Part shown: positions 7,751 to 19,419 of the stretch, piece by piece
How positions within the stretch are numbered: position 1 is the first letter of the stretch
Layout of the letters: each line of letters opens with the position of its first letter
Source: Nemertoderma westbladi
Taxonomy: Eukaryota; Animalia; Xenacoelomorpha
DNA length: 64,000 nt
NCBI GenBank assembly: GCA_032718475.1
Contig: JAUCBJ010000116.1
Coordinates: forward strand, 4,997 to 68,996
Reading direction: 5' to 3'
The notes under the pieces: generated by a model
The model's input: the letters and a program-made list of their open reading frames with translations, nothing else
Database searches by the model: none
Told to the model about the DNA's origin: nothing
Made by a program: the position numbers and the translations under genes

Positions 7751-10700
7751 CTAAGGTGCTCCTTCTAAGAGACAGCATTTACCTACCGCTCTCCTGTAGG
7801 TTTTTCTGTCCTTTGCACCTATCTTTCCACCTATCCGCACTTCTACCGATCGGACTCTTCCGTCCTCGTCGGAGTAGGTGCCTACAACTCTCGCCAACCG
7901 CCATTGGTTGTTGATGATAGTATCATCCGTGACGATTACGAGATCTCCCTCTCTCAACTCCCTGTTTGGCTTCCTCCACTTGCTTCGCTTATGGAGCGTG
8001 GGTAGGTATTCTTCTACCCACCTCCTCCAATACTCTGCGCTTATTGCTTTAGCGACTTTCCAACTTTGGCGGGAGTGTATGTCATCTGGGTCTACACCCC
8101 GCATATCGATGGTCGCTGGCCTTTCCATCAGAAAATGGCTAGGCGTCAGCACGTCTAACGACTCAGGGTCATCATTCTCCGGATATAGCGGTCTGCTATT
8201 AATGATCCCCTCGCACTTCGCAAGTACCGTCCGTAAGACGTCTTCAGTGACCATGTGGGTGTTCATCAGCTTCGTCATTAGACGTTTTGAACTGCCCACC
8301 AGTCTTTCGACGCATCCTAGTGTATGTGGTGCATACGGCGTCCGTCTCTCCCACTTTACTTGTCGTTTTCTCATGGCCGCCCTGACTTCTTCTCCTTCTA
8401 AGATGTCCAAGGCTTCTGCCATCTCGCTCTCTGCGCCCACAAAGTTGGTGCCGTTGTCGCTGTATATCACTGCGATCGTCCCACCTTTGCGGTCCCTAAA
8501 CCTTTCTAAGGCGTTAATGAACGCTGATGCGGTTGCATCTTGGGCGAGTTCTATCCCCACCGCCCGCGTATTGTTGCATACGAAGATAATGCCGTAACGT
8601 TTCTCCGTGTGTCGCATCACTTTGATCTTTATCGGCCCGAACATGTCCACACCGCAATGCGTAAATGGCGGGTCGTGCTGTCTTACCCTACTCGCCGGTA
8701 GTGGCGCCATCTCCTGTACGGCTCGTTCCTTCTTCGCTCGTCGGCAGGTCTGGCACTGCCCCACTACCGCTTTAACCTTCTTCCTTAGTTGTTTGACCCA
8801 ATAGGTCCTCCTTATCTCTGTGAGGGTTCGGTTGGTGCCCCCATGCAGTATCGATTTGTGGGAGTCCCATATGATCTGGTGGACTATAGGCGATCCTGTG
8901 GGAATGATGATGGGTTTCGGTGGCACGACTATACTGTTGTTATATCCCACCCTAGAATTCATTACTAGGATCCCATCCTCGTTGAGTTGTGGCGACAGCG
9001 TAATCAACTCGCTGTCCCGTCGGAGGTGCTGTTGGTTGCCGACACGTTCCACCTCGTCGCCGTAGTTCTTGCGTTGTTCATAGCGGATCACTGCCTTGGC
9101 CGCTCCTTCCAGATCTATGGTTGTCCTGGTCTTCTTGTCCTTGCCGACTCCCGCAAGGAAATTCCCAAAGGCTCTCCAGTACGCCACTAGTTTCTTGGTC
9201 TTATACCAACTAGAACTGTAGCTGAGGAGTTTATCCGTCGGGTTATCGCACAGTTCCCTTCCTGGTTGCACGTCCCTAATCTCCCTCACCATCTGGGAGT
9301 ATATCTCTTCTCCCTCTGAATCTCCCTCTCCTTCTGATACTGGTTCCGAGCCCGGGTCCACCTTCTTCATCGGCGGCCAGGCCTCTCTATCGCTCAGAAA
9401 TTGTGGCCCATGTTGCCACAATACTTCCTTCTTCAGGAAAGTGTGGCGTTCCACGCCCCTCGACAGCAAGTCCGCTGGGTTCTCATCTGTTGGGCAGTAG
9501 TGCCACCTTTCCAGTTCTGTGCTCGCCCTTATTTCGTCCACTCTATTCGCGACGAATATCGGGTATCTCGTCTTTTCGTTGTGTAGCCATCCAAGCACTA
9601 CCATGGAGTCCGTCCAGTAGTGTGTCTCCACTATGTTGGGAATTGTATCCACTAGGTAGGCTGTGGCTCTAACTCCTAGTCTCGCAGCTGTCAATTCTAA
9701 CTTGGGAACAGATGCTGAATCTGGCGGCGTTGACTTAGCTTTGCTAAAGGCTAGTCTGGGCTTGTGAGGCCCCTCTCGTTGTACTAAATAGAGTGCCGCT
9801 CCGTATGCCTCTAACGACGCGTCGGAGAACATATGTAAGTCCAGATTCGTCATGTTCCCGTCCGGGAAATACACTCGCGGCATGTTGTATGTTCCCATCC
9901 TCTCCAAGTCTCCTGTCCATTTGCTCCACTGTTTCTTGATGTCCTCTGGTACTTCTACATCCCACTCATCCTTCAATTTATATACTCTCTTGAGTATCTG
10001 TTTCCCCGTGACTAGTAGTGGGGATGCTAGGCCTAGGGGATCGTATATCCTTGCTATATACGATACATAACCCCTCTTCGTATGGGTGTCTGCGCCCTCC
10101 TGGCTCAGCTGATACTTCAGTTCGTCTGTTTTCCTATCCCACACGATTCCCAATGCCTTCTGCTGGGATTCCGTTCTCTTAATCGCCATGTCCTGTCCTT
10201 TGGCTGTTGTAGGGTTGTCCATGGTCGATCCTGGTTTCTTGTCTTCTATTTCCTTGATAAATTCTTCTGAACTGGATTGGAATTTGGTCAGGTTGAAGCC
10301 GGATCCTTTCAGGATGTCGCGAACCTCGCGCCCTGTTTCCAGTATCTCCTCAACCGTATTTCCAGACTCCATACCGTCGTCTACGTAGAAGCCGCGTCGG
10401 ATCATATCGACGGCCCTACTGCTATATCTATCTTCCTTCCCCTTTACCGTGTCTCTCACTGCCATAGTCGTCGTAAATGAGGACGACTTGGCCCCCATAT
10501 TTTGTACTACCATCTTATACACTGGTATTACCGGCGGTTCTTCTTCGCCGTTATACCATAAGAAGCGTTGACTATCGCTATCTTCCTCTGTTACTCGGAC
10601 TTGGTTGAACATGCCTTCTATGTCACACGTGAAGGCGTGTTTCCCATTCCTAAATCTAAGTAGTACTTCTATGCCCGAATTGTATATGTTTGGGCCCTCT

Positions 10701-12958
10701 AGTAGGTAATCGTTTAAGCACTTTCCGTCGGTCTTTGCCGATGCATCGACTACCATCCTAAGTTTACCTTTCTTTGGGTCTAAAGCTACGTGGAGTGGCA
10801 GGTAGTATGTCCTGTCCGTGTTCGGTTCGTCGACCGGTAACTCCACGGCCCATCCCTTCTCGACGTACTTCTTGATCGTTTTGTGAATGTACTCGTTCTT
10901 CTCGGGGCTCCGTTGTAGTGTTTGTTTCAGCTTGCGGAGTCTCGTGAGTACCATCCCTCTATTATCGGGTAGCGGTATCTTCGGTAGTTTCCATACCATT
11001 CCTATTGTATACCGCCCCTCATCACACGTCATCGATTCCTCCACACTTTGTAGAGCCTGCTTGTCTTCTACCGAGGTCCCGACCCCTGTCTCTTTCAGTC
11101 CCTCGAAGTCTTGTCTGAGCAGTCTTTTAAGCTGCTCCTCTGCTCCCTCGTCACCCATTTCCTGCATTGTTCCCGCGAACATGCATCCTGATGTCTCCGA
11201 CATCCTGAATGGTATCTTGCTCTTAATTGGACCACTCAGCGTCCACCCGAATGGCGTTAATATGGCCACCGGGTCGCTCTGCTTGTCTTCGCCGAAGACC
11301 GTTTGCATTCTCTCGTGGGCCGTTGGGCAGTCCATGCCTACTATGATGGATACCTTCCTAACGTCCACGTCTGGGATTGAGAAGTCAATGTTGTCCAGGA
11401 ATTTGTATTGCTCGACCTCGATGTTGGTTGGCCGCCTGGCATTGATGTTAATTGACTCTATTACTTGGATGGGGTCGATGGTTGCCCCATAATCGCATCC
11501 TGGTGCCACTGCTGCAATTGCGCACCGTCCTGTCCTCATCTCTAGGATCTCGTCTTTGCTAGAGATGGTTGTCACCGCCATCCTGCTTGGCCTCGTTCTC
11601 AACCCTATTTCTTCGGCTACCCATTCCTCAACTAATGTGAAGGCAGCTCCACTATCAACCAGCATTAGTGTTGTTACTGATCGATTGCCTTCCCCGATCA
11701 CTCGCACCGGTACTACTCCAAGTAACACCGTGCCTCTCTTCTTCGCCCCTACCGTGCTCGTTGCCATCGTTTGGCCTCTCCTTTGGCCAAACTTGACCGG
11801 CTTCTCTTGGCATTCCCTGGCCTTGTGTCCACTCTTTACACATCGCGAGCAGATTTTATTGCTCGACGCGTAATCTATCTGGTCTTGCCTCGGTAGCGCC
11901 TGCCAGTACCTGCAATTCATAGTTTTATGAAGCGCATTTGCGTGTAGCTGGCATTTGCTCTTTGGGTCGTAGCCCTCTTTATACAATGCATTGCGTATCG
12001 CAGTTATATTCGTACCAAAGTCCCTACTATTCTTATTGACTGGGTTTGGCCTACTGGACGTACTGGGGTTATGTTTATTCATGTTGTTATTGTTCCCCTG
12101 TCCGTCCCTTGATGTTGTCTTATCTTCGTTTGTCTGTGGACTTGCAGTCCCCTGCGTCGCTGCGTATGGCAATGATTGTCTGAGCCTCGGCAATGCGTTT
12201 GATGTATTGTGCTCTGGTTTGGGCCTGTAGTGATCTGTCTTTGGTCCCTTTCCCAGGCTATCTTCACTATAGACTGGGTCCGTTATTAGTTCAGCCTCGT
12301 AATTTAAGAAGTTTGACATTTCTTCTAAACCTGGTTCCGCACCCTTCTTGTCTCGGGTGGAGAAAGCGATCTTCCTCCATTTGTTGCGCAGCCAGCTCGG
12401 TAGTGCCTGCGCTATCGTGGTGATGTTATTGGACGCGTTGAGCTCGTATGGCGCGTCTAGCGTCTTCAGCACGATCAGCGCCTTCTCGACTTTGTTAGCA
12501 AACGTCTTAATGCTAACGGGATTATCCTGTAGGCCACCCGATGTTATGCCTCTCAGCGTTTGCCTGATGATCTTGGCCGGGTGCCCGTATTCCCTATCCA
12601 GTGCCCGCCATGCTGTCGTGAAGCCGCCCTCTATTCCCTGATATTGCCTCACGATGTCGTATGCTGGGCCTCCCGTGTATACTTGTAGATACTTTAGGCA
12701 CTCCGCCTGCGTCAAGTTTTTTGTTAGTATTTCGTTACTATACATTCGCCGAAACTGTAAGTATTCTTCCGGCCTGCTCCCATCGAATTTGAACGGTTCC
12801 ACGGGTGGTAATTCGATCCTCGTTTTCAACGCATCGATCAACGTGGCCATCCCCATTGCCTGCGCTTCTAATGGATTCGACGGGTGCTGTATAGTTTCCC
12901 CTGTCTGGTGCGGTTCGTCCGTCCTATTTCTTGATCTTCTCTGACTCGGATATGTCAT
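7751..12958 (-). CDS. pol: BEL/Pao Gag-Pol (capsid, knuckles, protease, RT, RNase H, integrase)
   Basis: LVDSGA; YYLPLH, KLRMVVDAS, CDIEGMFNQV, FYVDD; HMFSDAS, PKLEL, YWTDS, NPADLLSRG; H..H..CQTC, GVDMFGP, SDNGTNF, ERLV. 1735 aa uninterrupted, with the PR-RT-RH-IN order and motifs of Belpaoviridae. Confidence 0.97.
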   Translation of the reverse strand: MTYPSQRRSRNRTDEPHQTGETIQHPSNPLEAQAMGMATLIDALKTRIELPPVEPFKFDGSRPEEYLQFRRMYSNEILTKNLTQAECLKYLQVYTGGPAYDIVRQYQGIEGGFTTAWRALDREYGHPAKIIRQTLRGITSGGLQDNPVSIKTFANKVEKALIVLKTLDAPYELNASNNITTIAQALPSWLRNKWRKIAFSTRDKKGAEPGLEEMSNFLNYEAELITDPVYSEDSLGKGPKTDHYRPKPEHNTSNALPRLRQSLPYAATQGTASPQTNEDKTTSRDGQGNNNNMNKHNPSTSSRPNPVNKNSRDFGTNITAIRNALYKEGYDPKSKCQLHANALHKTMNCRYWQALPRQDQIDYASSNKICSRCVKSGHKARECQEKPVKFGQRRGQTMATSTVGAKKRGTVLLGVVPVRVIGEGNRSVTTLMLVDSGAAFTLVEEWVAEEIGLRTRPSRMAVTTISSKDEILEMRTGRCAIAAVAPGCDYGATIDPIQVIESININARRPTNIEVEQYKFLDNIDFSIPDVDVRKVSIIVGMDCPTAHERMQTVFGEDKQSDPVAILTPFGWTLSGPIKSKIPFRMSETSGCMFAGTMQEMGDEGAEEQLKRLLRQDFEGLKETGVGTSVEDKQALQSVEESMTCDEGRYTIGMVWKLPKIPLPDNRGMVLTRLRKLKQTLQRSPEKNEYIHKTIKKYVEKGWAVELPVDEPNTDRTYYLPLHVALDPKKGKLRMVVDASAKTDGKCLNDYLLEGPNIYNSGIEVLLRFRNGKHAFTCDIEGMFNQVRVTEEDSDSQRFLWYNGEEEPPVIPVYKMVVQNMGAKSSSFTTTMAVRDTVKGKEDRYSSRAVDMIRRGFYVDDGMESGNTVEEILETGREVRDILKGSGFNLTKFQSSSEEFIKEIEDKKPGSTMDNPTTAKGQDMAIKRTESQQKALGIVWDRKTDELKYQLSQEGADTHTKRGYVSYIARIYDPLGLASPLLVTGKQILKRVYKLKDEWDVEVPEDIKKQWSKWTGDLERMGTYNMPRVYFPDGNMTNLDLHMFSDASLEAYGAALYLVQREGPHKPRLAFSKAKSTPPDSASVPKLELTAARLGVRATAYLVDTIPNIVETHYWTDSMVVLGWLHNEKTRYPIFVANRVDEIRASTELERWHYCPTDENPADLLSRGVERHTFLKKEVLWQHGPQFLSDREAWPPMKKVDPGSEPVSEGEGDSEGEEIYSQMVREIRDVQPGRELCDNPTDKLLSYSSSWYKTKKLVAYWRAFGNFLAGVGKDKKTRTTIDLEGAAKAVIRYEQRKNYGDEVERVGNQQHLRRDSELITLSPQLNEDGILVMNSRVGYNNSIVVPPKPIIIPTGSPIVHQIIWDSHKSILHGGTNRTLTEIRRTYWVKQLRKKVKAVVGQCQTCRRAKKERAVQEMAPLPASRVRQHDPPFTHCGVDMFGPIKIKVMRHTEKRYGIIFVCNNTRAVGIELAQDATASAFINALERFRDRKGGTIAVIYSDNGTNFVGAESEMAEALDILEGEEVRAAMRKRQVKWERRTPYAPHTLGCVERLVGSSKRLMTKLMNTHMVTEDVLRTVLAKCEGIINSRPLYPENDDPESLDVLTPSHFLMERPATIDMRGVDPDDIHSRQSWKVAKAISAEYWRRWVEEYLPTLHKRSKWRKPNRELREGDLVIVTDDTIINNQWRLARVVGTYSDEDGRVRSVEVRIGGKIGAKDRKTYRRAVGKCCLLEGAP

Positions 12959-15900
12959 CGGGGGTAGCGGCCCCCTCCATATGTCTGTATCACACGACCT
13001 GTTTTCATCTAGGGGTCTCGTTGTTCTTGTTCCTGTCGGGGTATATTGTTGATATTGTGATGGGGGAATGTCACCCTGTCCCCCCCCCCACCGGTATGTC
13101 TGGTACTGGGGTTGATGTTAATATGTTGGGGCCCATACACCTATCCGCAATAATTCCCCCCTCCCCTGGGTATATGTTATGTCCCTGCATGCTGTAGTCA
13201 TACTGCTGTGCTGGTACCGGTATAGGCCTATCAGCTTCTGGCCTACTCGCCGGTATGTATTCCGCGACTTCCGGGTTTAATCCCGTTGTCCGCGCTATCC
13301 TATCGCCTACATTGCCTCTCTCAGTATGGCCTACGGTATGTGCAGTAAGACCTACAGTATGCCCTACAGTCTGCATGTGTTGCTCGGGATCGAAGTTTAT
13401 TCTTCTCGAATAATCCTCCCCGCGGCTACCGTATTCTCGATCGGTAGGTATATTCTGTCGGAAAGTTTCTCTTCGACCCCCCTCTCCACTGTTTTCATCT
13501 TCGTACCGGTACATCGCGTACCCCTCTCTCGGCGTGTAATGCGTCTCACCGGATCGCATCCCTCCGGGGCGACGGCAATCTCCCGGAGTCCGACCCCACT
13601 GACTCTCCGTTCTCATCTCGACTACCGACGGCTCGCTGTCCGTCCTCGCTCTTCTATCTTTTGCGGCGATACTTCTACTACTCTCTTCCTCTCTTCTCCT
13701 ATCAGTGGAATATTCCCGCTCACGAGATCCCTCGTCGACCTCCCAGTTAAACCCCACTGTTCTTATTTCCTCCTCTGATCGGGCTCGACGCTCCGTCTGC
13801 CCTCCCGCGACGTCAACCTGTCTTTCTCTGCTCGATCGCACATCGCTGGGGATACTCGCAATCCCCCTATTACTTTCCGTCGCCGGTTGTTGCGGTTTAC
13901 CTTGTTCGGCCCTCGCATTGTCCGCTGACGGCTGTGGGACACTCTCTGCCCCCCCCCCCCCCCCTCTCGCCGCTAACACTCTGTTGTGGGGCCCTTGTAG
14001 CCCCCCCCCCACCCGCTACATTCTACTTCGCTACCTCTCGCCCCGCTACTATATATCTCTCTAGTCGACACATCAACCCTACCACAGTCGGGTCTGTTCA
14101 GCCCCGCCTCTCCCTCTGCTATTGCGTGGCCTTCCAGGCCCTCTACTCCCTGCCTACCAACTACGCGGCCTACCAGGCCCTCTGCTCTCTGTCTACTAAC
14201 TACGTGGCCTACCAGGCCCTCTGCCCCCTGTCTACTAACTACGTGGCCTACCAGGCCCTCTGCTCCCTGGTTACGTAGGCCCGACGTGTTTACATTAATA
14301 GCACCCATATTGGAAACGGAATTAATTTGCTCATTTGAAACAAAATCATTTGTATTATTCTGCGCGACTACGTTATCTGAATTATTTTGTAAATTCGGGC
14401 TAAGATCATTATTTGAATTATTCGAATTATTCTGTGTAATTGCGTTATTTAAGTTATTTTGTAGGTCCGAATTCGAGTTATTATTTTGATTATTTGAATT
14501 ATTTTGCGTAACTACATCAATATTAGGATTATTTTCTACACTAACACTGGGATTGTTCTGATTTAAATTTAAATTACTACCACTAGGCAAAGTATTTCCT
14601 GTAATAAAGGTTTGATTAGCGTTATCCCATACGGTACTATTAATATCAACAACGTCTACTGTACCATTATTATTACCCCCCCCCCCCCGCCCGTACGGTC
14701 GCACCAGTTTTGGGTCTGTCGTGCGGTCCCTGTCAGTGGAGTATTAATAAATATATCTACGGCCCTCGGCTCCTCAAAAATACTCGAGCCGGCCCCGGTT
14801 TCCGACGGCGTCGCTCGCACGTATTCCAACTCGTGCTCCCCTCTAATTATATTTCCCGCAAACTCACTCTGCCGTTTCTCTAATTCCTTGCGCTCTTTTT
14901 CACTCTCTGCCATTTTCCCCTCACGCTCCTGGGTGTCCTTGATGGCCGAGTCTGCGGCACTCTTAATGCTCTCCCTTCGTCTCGCCTCACGCTCTTTGCG
15001 TTCCTTTTCCTTTCTCGTCTCATATTCCTTGCGTTCCTTTTCCCTTTTTGCCTCACGTTCCTTGCGTTCCTCGTCCTCCCTTGCCTCACGCTCTCTGCGT
15101 TCCCTTTCCTCTCTCGCTTCACGCTCCCTACACTCCCTTTCCTCTATCTCATCATACTCCCTTAGGCTTTTCAAAGCCCTTTCTGCCCTTTCTCCGGTTT
15201 CTCTAAGCAATACCGTTTCCCTCTCTAACCGCACTCTTCCCTCCTCTAGCCGTTCCTTCATTTCTCTCTGACCTTGCTCTGCCATGCTGAGACGGTATGC
15301 GGCTCCTATTTTCCTCACCGCTCTTTCTTTCGCGGAGGATGTAACAGACTTATCGGTTACGACGGATTTCCCCCGCCTTCCCGACCTACTAACTTTCCCC
15401 CGCTTCCCGGAGCTTTCTCCGACCGACGAGGCCGAATCCTCGGTGTTAACCTCGGATTCGCCCCCTTCGAGTCCCCTCCAACCCACCGGTTTTACTCCCC
15501 GGGCATCGATTAAGTATGGCCCTATGTACACTGACGCTATGCTAGGTCCCATACTCCCACACTCCCATAGTTCAAACAGTTCGCCTGCAATTCCTTTTGC
15601 TCTCTCCCCGGCTAGTTCTCTCTGCCCAAAACGTATCAGGTAATTTAAGTGTCTATCCGACTCACCTAGTCGCTTTCTCAGTCTCACCTCGTCTACCTTC
15701 GCCCCTTCCTTCTTGGCGTCGTTTATCAGCTTCCGGGTCGCGTTGTAGGCCCGTCGAAGTCGCTCAGAAACCCCGACGTCCTCGTCGCCGACCTCTCCTC
15801 CGTCCCTCCGGGTTCGACGTCGTACCGGCGGCTCCACCGTCGCCGTTCCGGTGGGCCGTCCGTCGCCCTCGGCCTGTAGCTGGCCGGCGACATCGGTACC

Positions 15901-16224
15901 AATCTCTCCTCCGTCTCTTCGCGTCCGGCGTCGCACCGTAGGCCCCACCGGTTCGGTGGGCCGCTCGTCGCCCTCGGCCGGTAGCTGGCCGGCGACATCG
16001 GCGCGCCGTCCTCCGTCCCGTGTCGACTCATCTCCTTCTCCCTCCGTCTCGCTCTCTTTCTCTCTTGGCTCGACTTCGGGTTCCAGGCCCTCCTCGTCCT
16101 GTGCTTCCGGTTCGCCCGTTATCGATGGCTCCGGCGTCGTGGGCCTGTATCGTTTGGTCGCGGCCTCGCGGATCGTTAGGTCTTCGTCCGGGGTCCGCGT
16201 CGGTGTCTCGCCCGATTCACTCAT
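12959..16224 (-). CDS. gag: N-terminal part of the same Gag-Pol, split into ORFs 14656..16224, 13973..14704 and 13071..14012
   Basis: Frame switches coincide with long G homopolymers (about 14680, 14005, 13080). The part homologous to ORF 17..3418 is continuous there. Coiled-coil, Asn-rich and short peptide repeats. Confidence 0.8.
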
Positions 16225-16294
16225 CTCGTTTGTGGCTAATGATTCGGCTAGCTAGGTTGCAGTTCTTAGAGTTTAACTAGGGCGGCAGCTCGGT

Positions 16295-16303
16295 TTTAGT
16301 TAC
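16295..16303 (-). promoter_or_regulatory. Non-tRNA primer-binding site candidate (GTAACTAAA), complementary to LTR 16471-16479
   Basis: Directly follows the LTR terminal ACA; the LTR contains TTTAGTTAC on the same strand. Confidence 0.55.
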
Positions 16304-16842
16304 TGTGACGGGATCCAGGAGGGATCCCGATTTATCCGATGTGGTATTTAGTCCACGCGTCCCCGCCGTGTATAAGAGTGAAATAAAGATAACTGAGTTC
16401 TGAAGTTCGGTGTATAATAATAGGTTATAGGATATAGATATATTGTGAATTATACGGCAGGCGGGATACGGTAACTAAAGTCCCGTGATCCCCTAACTAA
16501 ACTAATTGGCTGTACCCTACGCTAGCACTGCTGCACTGAGATAACTGAATCACTGATTAATAGGTTATTGGTTATATTGCACGGTGGCCTTACTGCTACT
16601 CAATCGATGCTATTCCCCCCCTCTGATTGGTTAATACCCTTGTTGGCGCCCCGTGGAGTATTCCCGTTCACTCCACCTGTTCTCTCTGGGTTAGGGGTTT
16701 GGCCCCTGACCCTCTATTGTGTGCTTCCTTCCCACTCTTATTGGGATGGCACGAGTTGGTTAATTGCCCAATCTCGTGGCTCCCAATATTGCTTATCGGC
16801 TTACAACTTTATGGGGTGTTGGCGGGATTGAATAAGCTAACA
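16304..16842 (-). mobile_element. 5' LTR (539 bp) of BEL element 1
   Basis: Minus strand TGTTAGC...CGTCACA (TGT..ACA termini). RTE RT similarity stops exactly at 16843 (ELSK|MLAYS). Gag ATG lies 80 bp downstream. The partner LTR is not in the window, so the inner boundary is inferred. Confidence 0.78.
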
Positions 16843-19415
16843 TTTTTGATAATTCTTCAATTATCCTTCTAAGTGCCAAAATGGGCTCCATGGTCCCACG
16901 ACCTTTACGGAACCCATTCTGATTTCCACGGAGCAGTCTCTCAATGGGATCCCTGATGCGATTTAATAGAATCCTATTGTATAGCTTTGCAGCAATCGAG
17001 ATCAATGAGATTCCCCGAAAAGAACCATAGAGTGTTAGGTTGCCCTTCTTGGGAACTGGCACCAACTTATTTGTTTTCATTTCTTGTGGGACTCTTGTTG
17101 TTCGGTACATGTCTACTATGATGGGATAGATGAGCTTTAAACACTCAGGTATTTTAAAGACCTCAGGGGGAACACCATCTACTCCACTGGCACGATTGGT
17201 CTTAATGCTCTTTGCAGCAGCCTTCACTTCTGCAAAGGAGATATCGCCAATGGGAATATCTGGGAGTACAGACTCAGACACTTTTACTTCTATAAAGTTA
17301 TCAGGCAATACCCTGTCATTATTGAGGAGCTTTTCAAAGTGGGCTTTCCAACCATTGAGGCGATCGGCTGGGGATTCAGCCTTAACCTTGGTGGTTGGTT
17401 GGCTTTTCCGCCCAGTAAGCAAATTGATCGATTTCCATGACTGGGATGATTGCCTGCTGTCGTCAGCATCATTGATGGCATCAACCTGTTGGTTTATTAG
17501 CTCCTGTAGATTAACAGAGTACTGCCTGTTCAGGGACCTAGATGCAGCCTTAACTGCATTCTTGGCCGCTGTAGTCTGTTTGAGTCGGGACTCTTTCTGC
17601 GCCTCATGAAGGTCATTTCGGCACTTCTGAATTTTGTTGTCAGTCCAGGGGGCCCTTTTCCTGTTTCGAGGGTATACAGGAACTGTTTATGCAGCTGCTA
17701 ACTTAACTGCTTCTGTAAAGGCAGTATAGCCCTCACAGTGATCTGCCGCCTCAGAGGCAAGAGCCTCATACCTATTGCTCAGCTGTAGTGTGAAGCTGGA
17801 TCTCACACTTGGCTGTTGCAACAGAGAGGACCAGTAATGCCGCGGCAAGGCAGATTTCGTTGTTCTGCTAGCACGCAGACTAAGTCTTACCTTGGCTACA
17901 ATAAGGCGGTGATCACTGGAGAAGGGTCGAAGTGTAAATGCATTACAGTCTTGTATAGAGCTCCTGTATTTCCTACGAAACAGAATATGGTCTAACTGGG
18001 ACTTGTGACCACTGGGTCCACTATGAGTCCATAGCTTTCCTATTCGCTTCTTGACTGGGTTCCAGCCGAAAACAATCCATTTCCAGAGATAAAATCCTGA
18101 AGATGGACAGAATTTCGGTTAACACTATTGCTATAGACCCAGGGCGATGTAGGTGATTGATGCAGACTCGCATTAAAGTCTCCCAGGAATGTTAAGAATG
18201 CATGCTGATCCACTCCATCAGTAGCTGCTTGTAGATTGTGGTAGAAATTTTCCACCTCCTCTACAGGGGCAACACTAGTTGGAGAGTAGCACACAATCAG
18301 AACCACCTTAGGAAACTTCTTAACCAGTCTTCCAGAACATGAGAAGTGGCAACGGATGATGCGGTTAGAGATTTGGTCTATTTTGTCCAATGCTGCATGT
18401 GCAGTTGGATTCATCAATAGACCAATTCCACCATTGCCACTATCATCTGCTGACGCGAGGGCGAGTCGCCAACCGCCCCCCATGTCCTTAATCACAACCT
18501 CATCAGTCTGTCCAGTCTGCATTCGGTGCTCTTGAACACCCACTGCGCTAAGAGAAAGCTTATCTGCCAAGGCAGTCAGCTCACCTTGTCGCATTGGGGA
18601 CCCGACATGTTAGGGTGTTTACTGAGGCTAGTCTAGTGACTTGCCTCAGATTCACCAATGGCTTTGTTGGTCGGGGTGGAACATGAGAGTAGCCTCCAAC
18701 TCCAGAATTCCTCTCCCCATCACAATCTGGCCTCCCTGGTGACCCAGGGTTTGGGCCAGAAAGGTCATCAGGAAAGGGACTCAAAGAATTGTTGGCTGCT
18801 CTCTCTCCAGTAGGGGGTGAGACAGGCAGCCAGTCAGGAGTTAACTGACGCCTGTGAGGCCAATTGTGTCCGGTAATTCCACTGGCCTCTAGTGGCCGGA
18901 CCTCCGCATTGCTAATGTAATCCATAGTGGGGGTTGGGGGGTGCTTTTTTGCCGAGCCAGCTCTCAGGGCAAATACCACACCCTGGTTTGCCATTCCACA
19001 GGGTGGGTGTCGCAATGGAGTCAGATATGAGACCCATCACCCATATCTACTCTGGTGTACATGACCCACCATTGGCTGTTGCAGCTCATCTGCTGGGTCA
19101 TGCCCTGTACCCTTGCTGCCAGGTGCAGGTCGCAGTGAAGTGCTCTCAGAGTGGACATGAGAACACTCTACTCCTGACCAGCCATTGGTAGATCACCATC
19201 TGCCTGGTCAGGCCATATACCCCTGCAGCCAAGTATATGGGTCCTTAATCCAGGACCAAGGGCGTCCTTATCCCAGAACGAAGGGGGTCCTAGTTACAGG
19301 ACCAGATTTGCCCTAGTAAGAGGGGCTATGCAGCTACAGGTGGCACCTCCTTTATGCTGCATGGAGGTGGCAAGTTTTCTTGATCAATGACCTAGAATAC
19401 CTGACCTGACCCGAC
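16843..19415 (-). mobile_element. RTE-clade LINE, 5' half (5' UTR, APE endonuclease, start of RT), frameshifted and interrupted by BEL element 1
   Basis: VGVQEHR and GDFNA (18040..18594); KKGNL...FRGISLISIAAKLYNRILLNRI...QNGFRKGR (16843..17422). Confidence 0.9.
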
Positions 19416-19419
19416 GCTG

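Noticed and set aside
7878-12944. Many antisense ORFs over pol, and short ORFs in LTRs and satellites
   Set aside because: Shadow frames of real coding strands or translations of repeats, with no domain signatures.
13071-14704. Programmed frameshifting or separate gag ORFs
   Set aside because: Each break lies in a 10-15 nt G homopolymer and the paralogue at 17..3418 is in frame where it can be compared; sequencing error or slippage is more likely. The same applies to 31889-31897.
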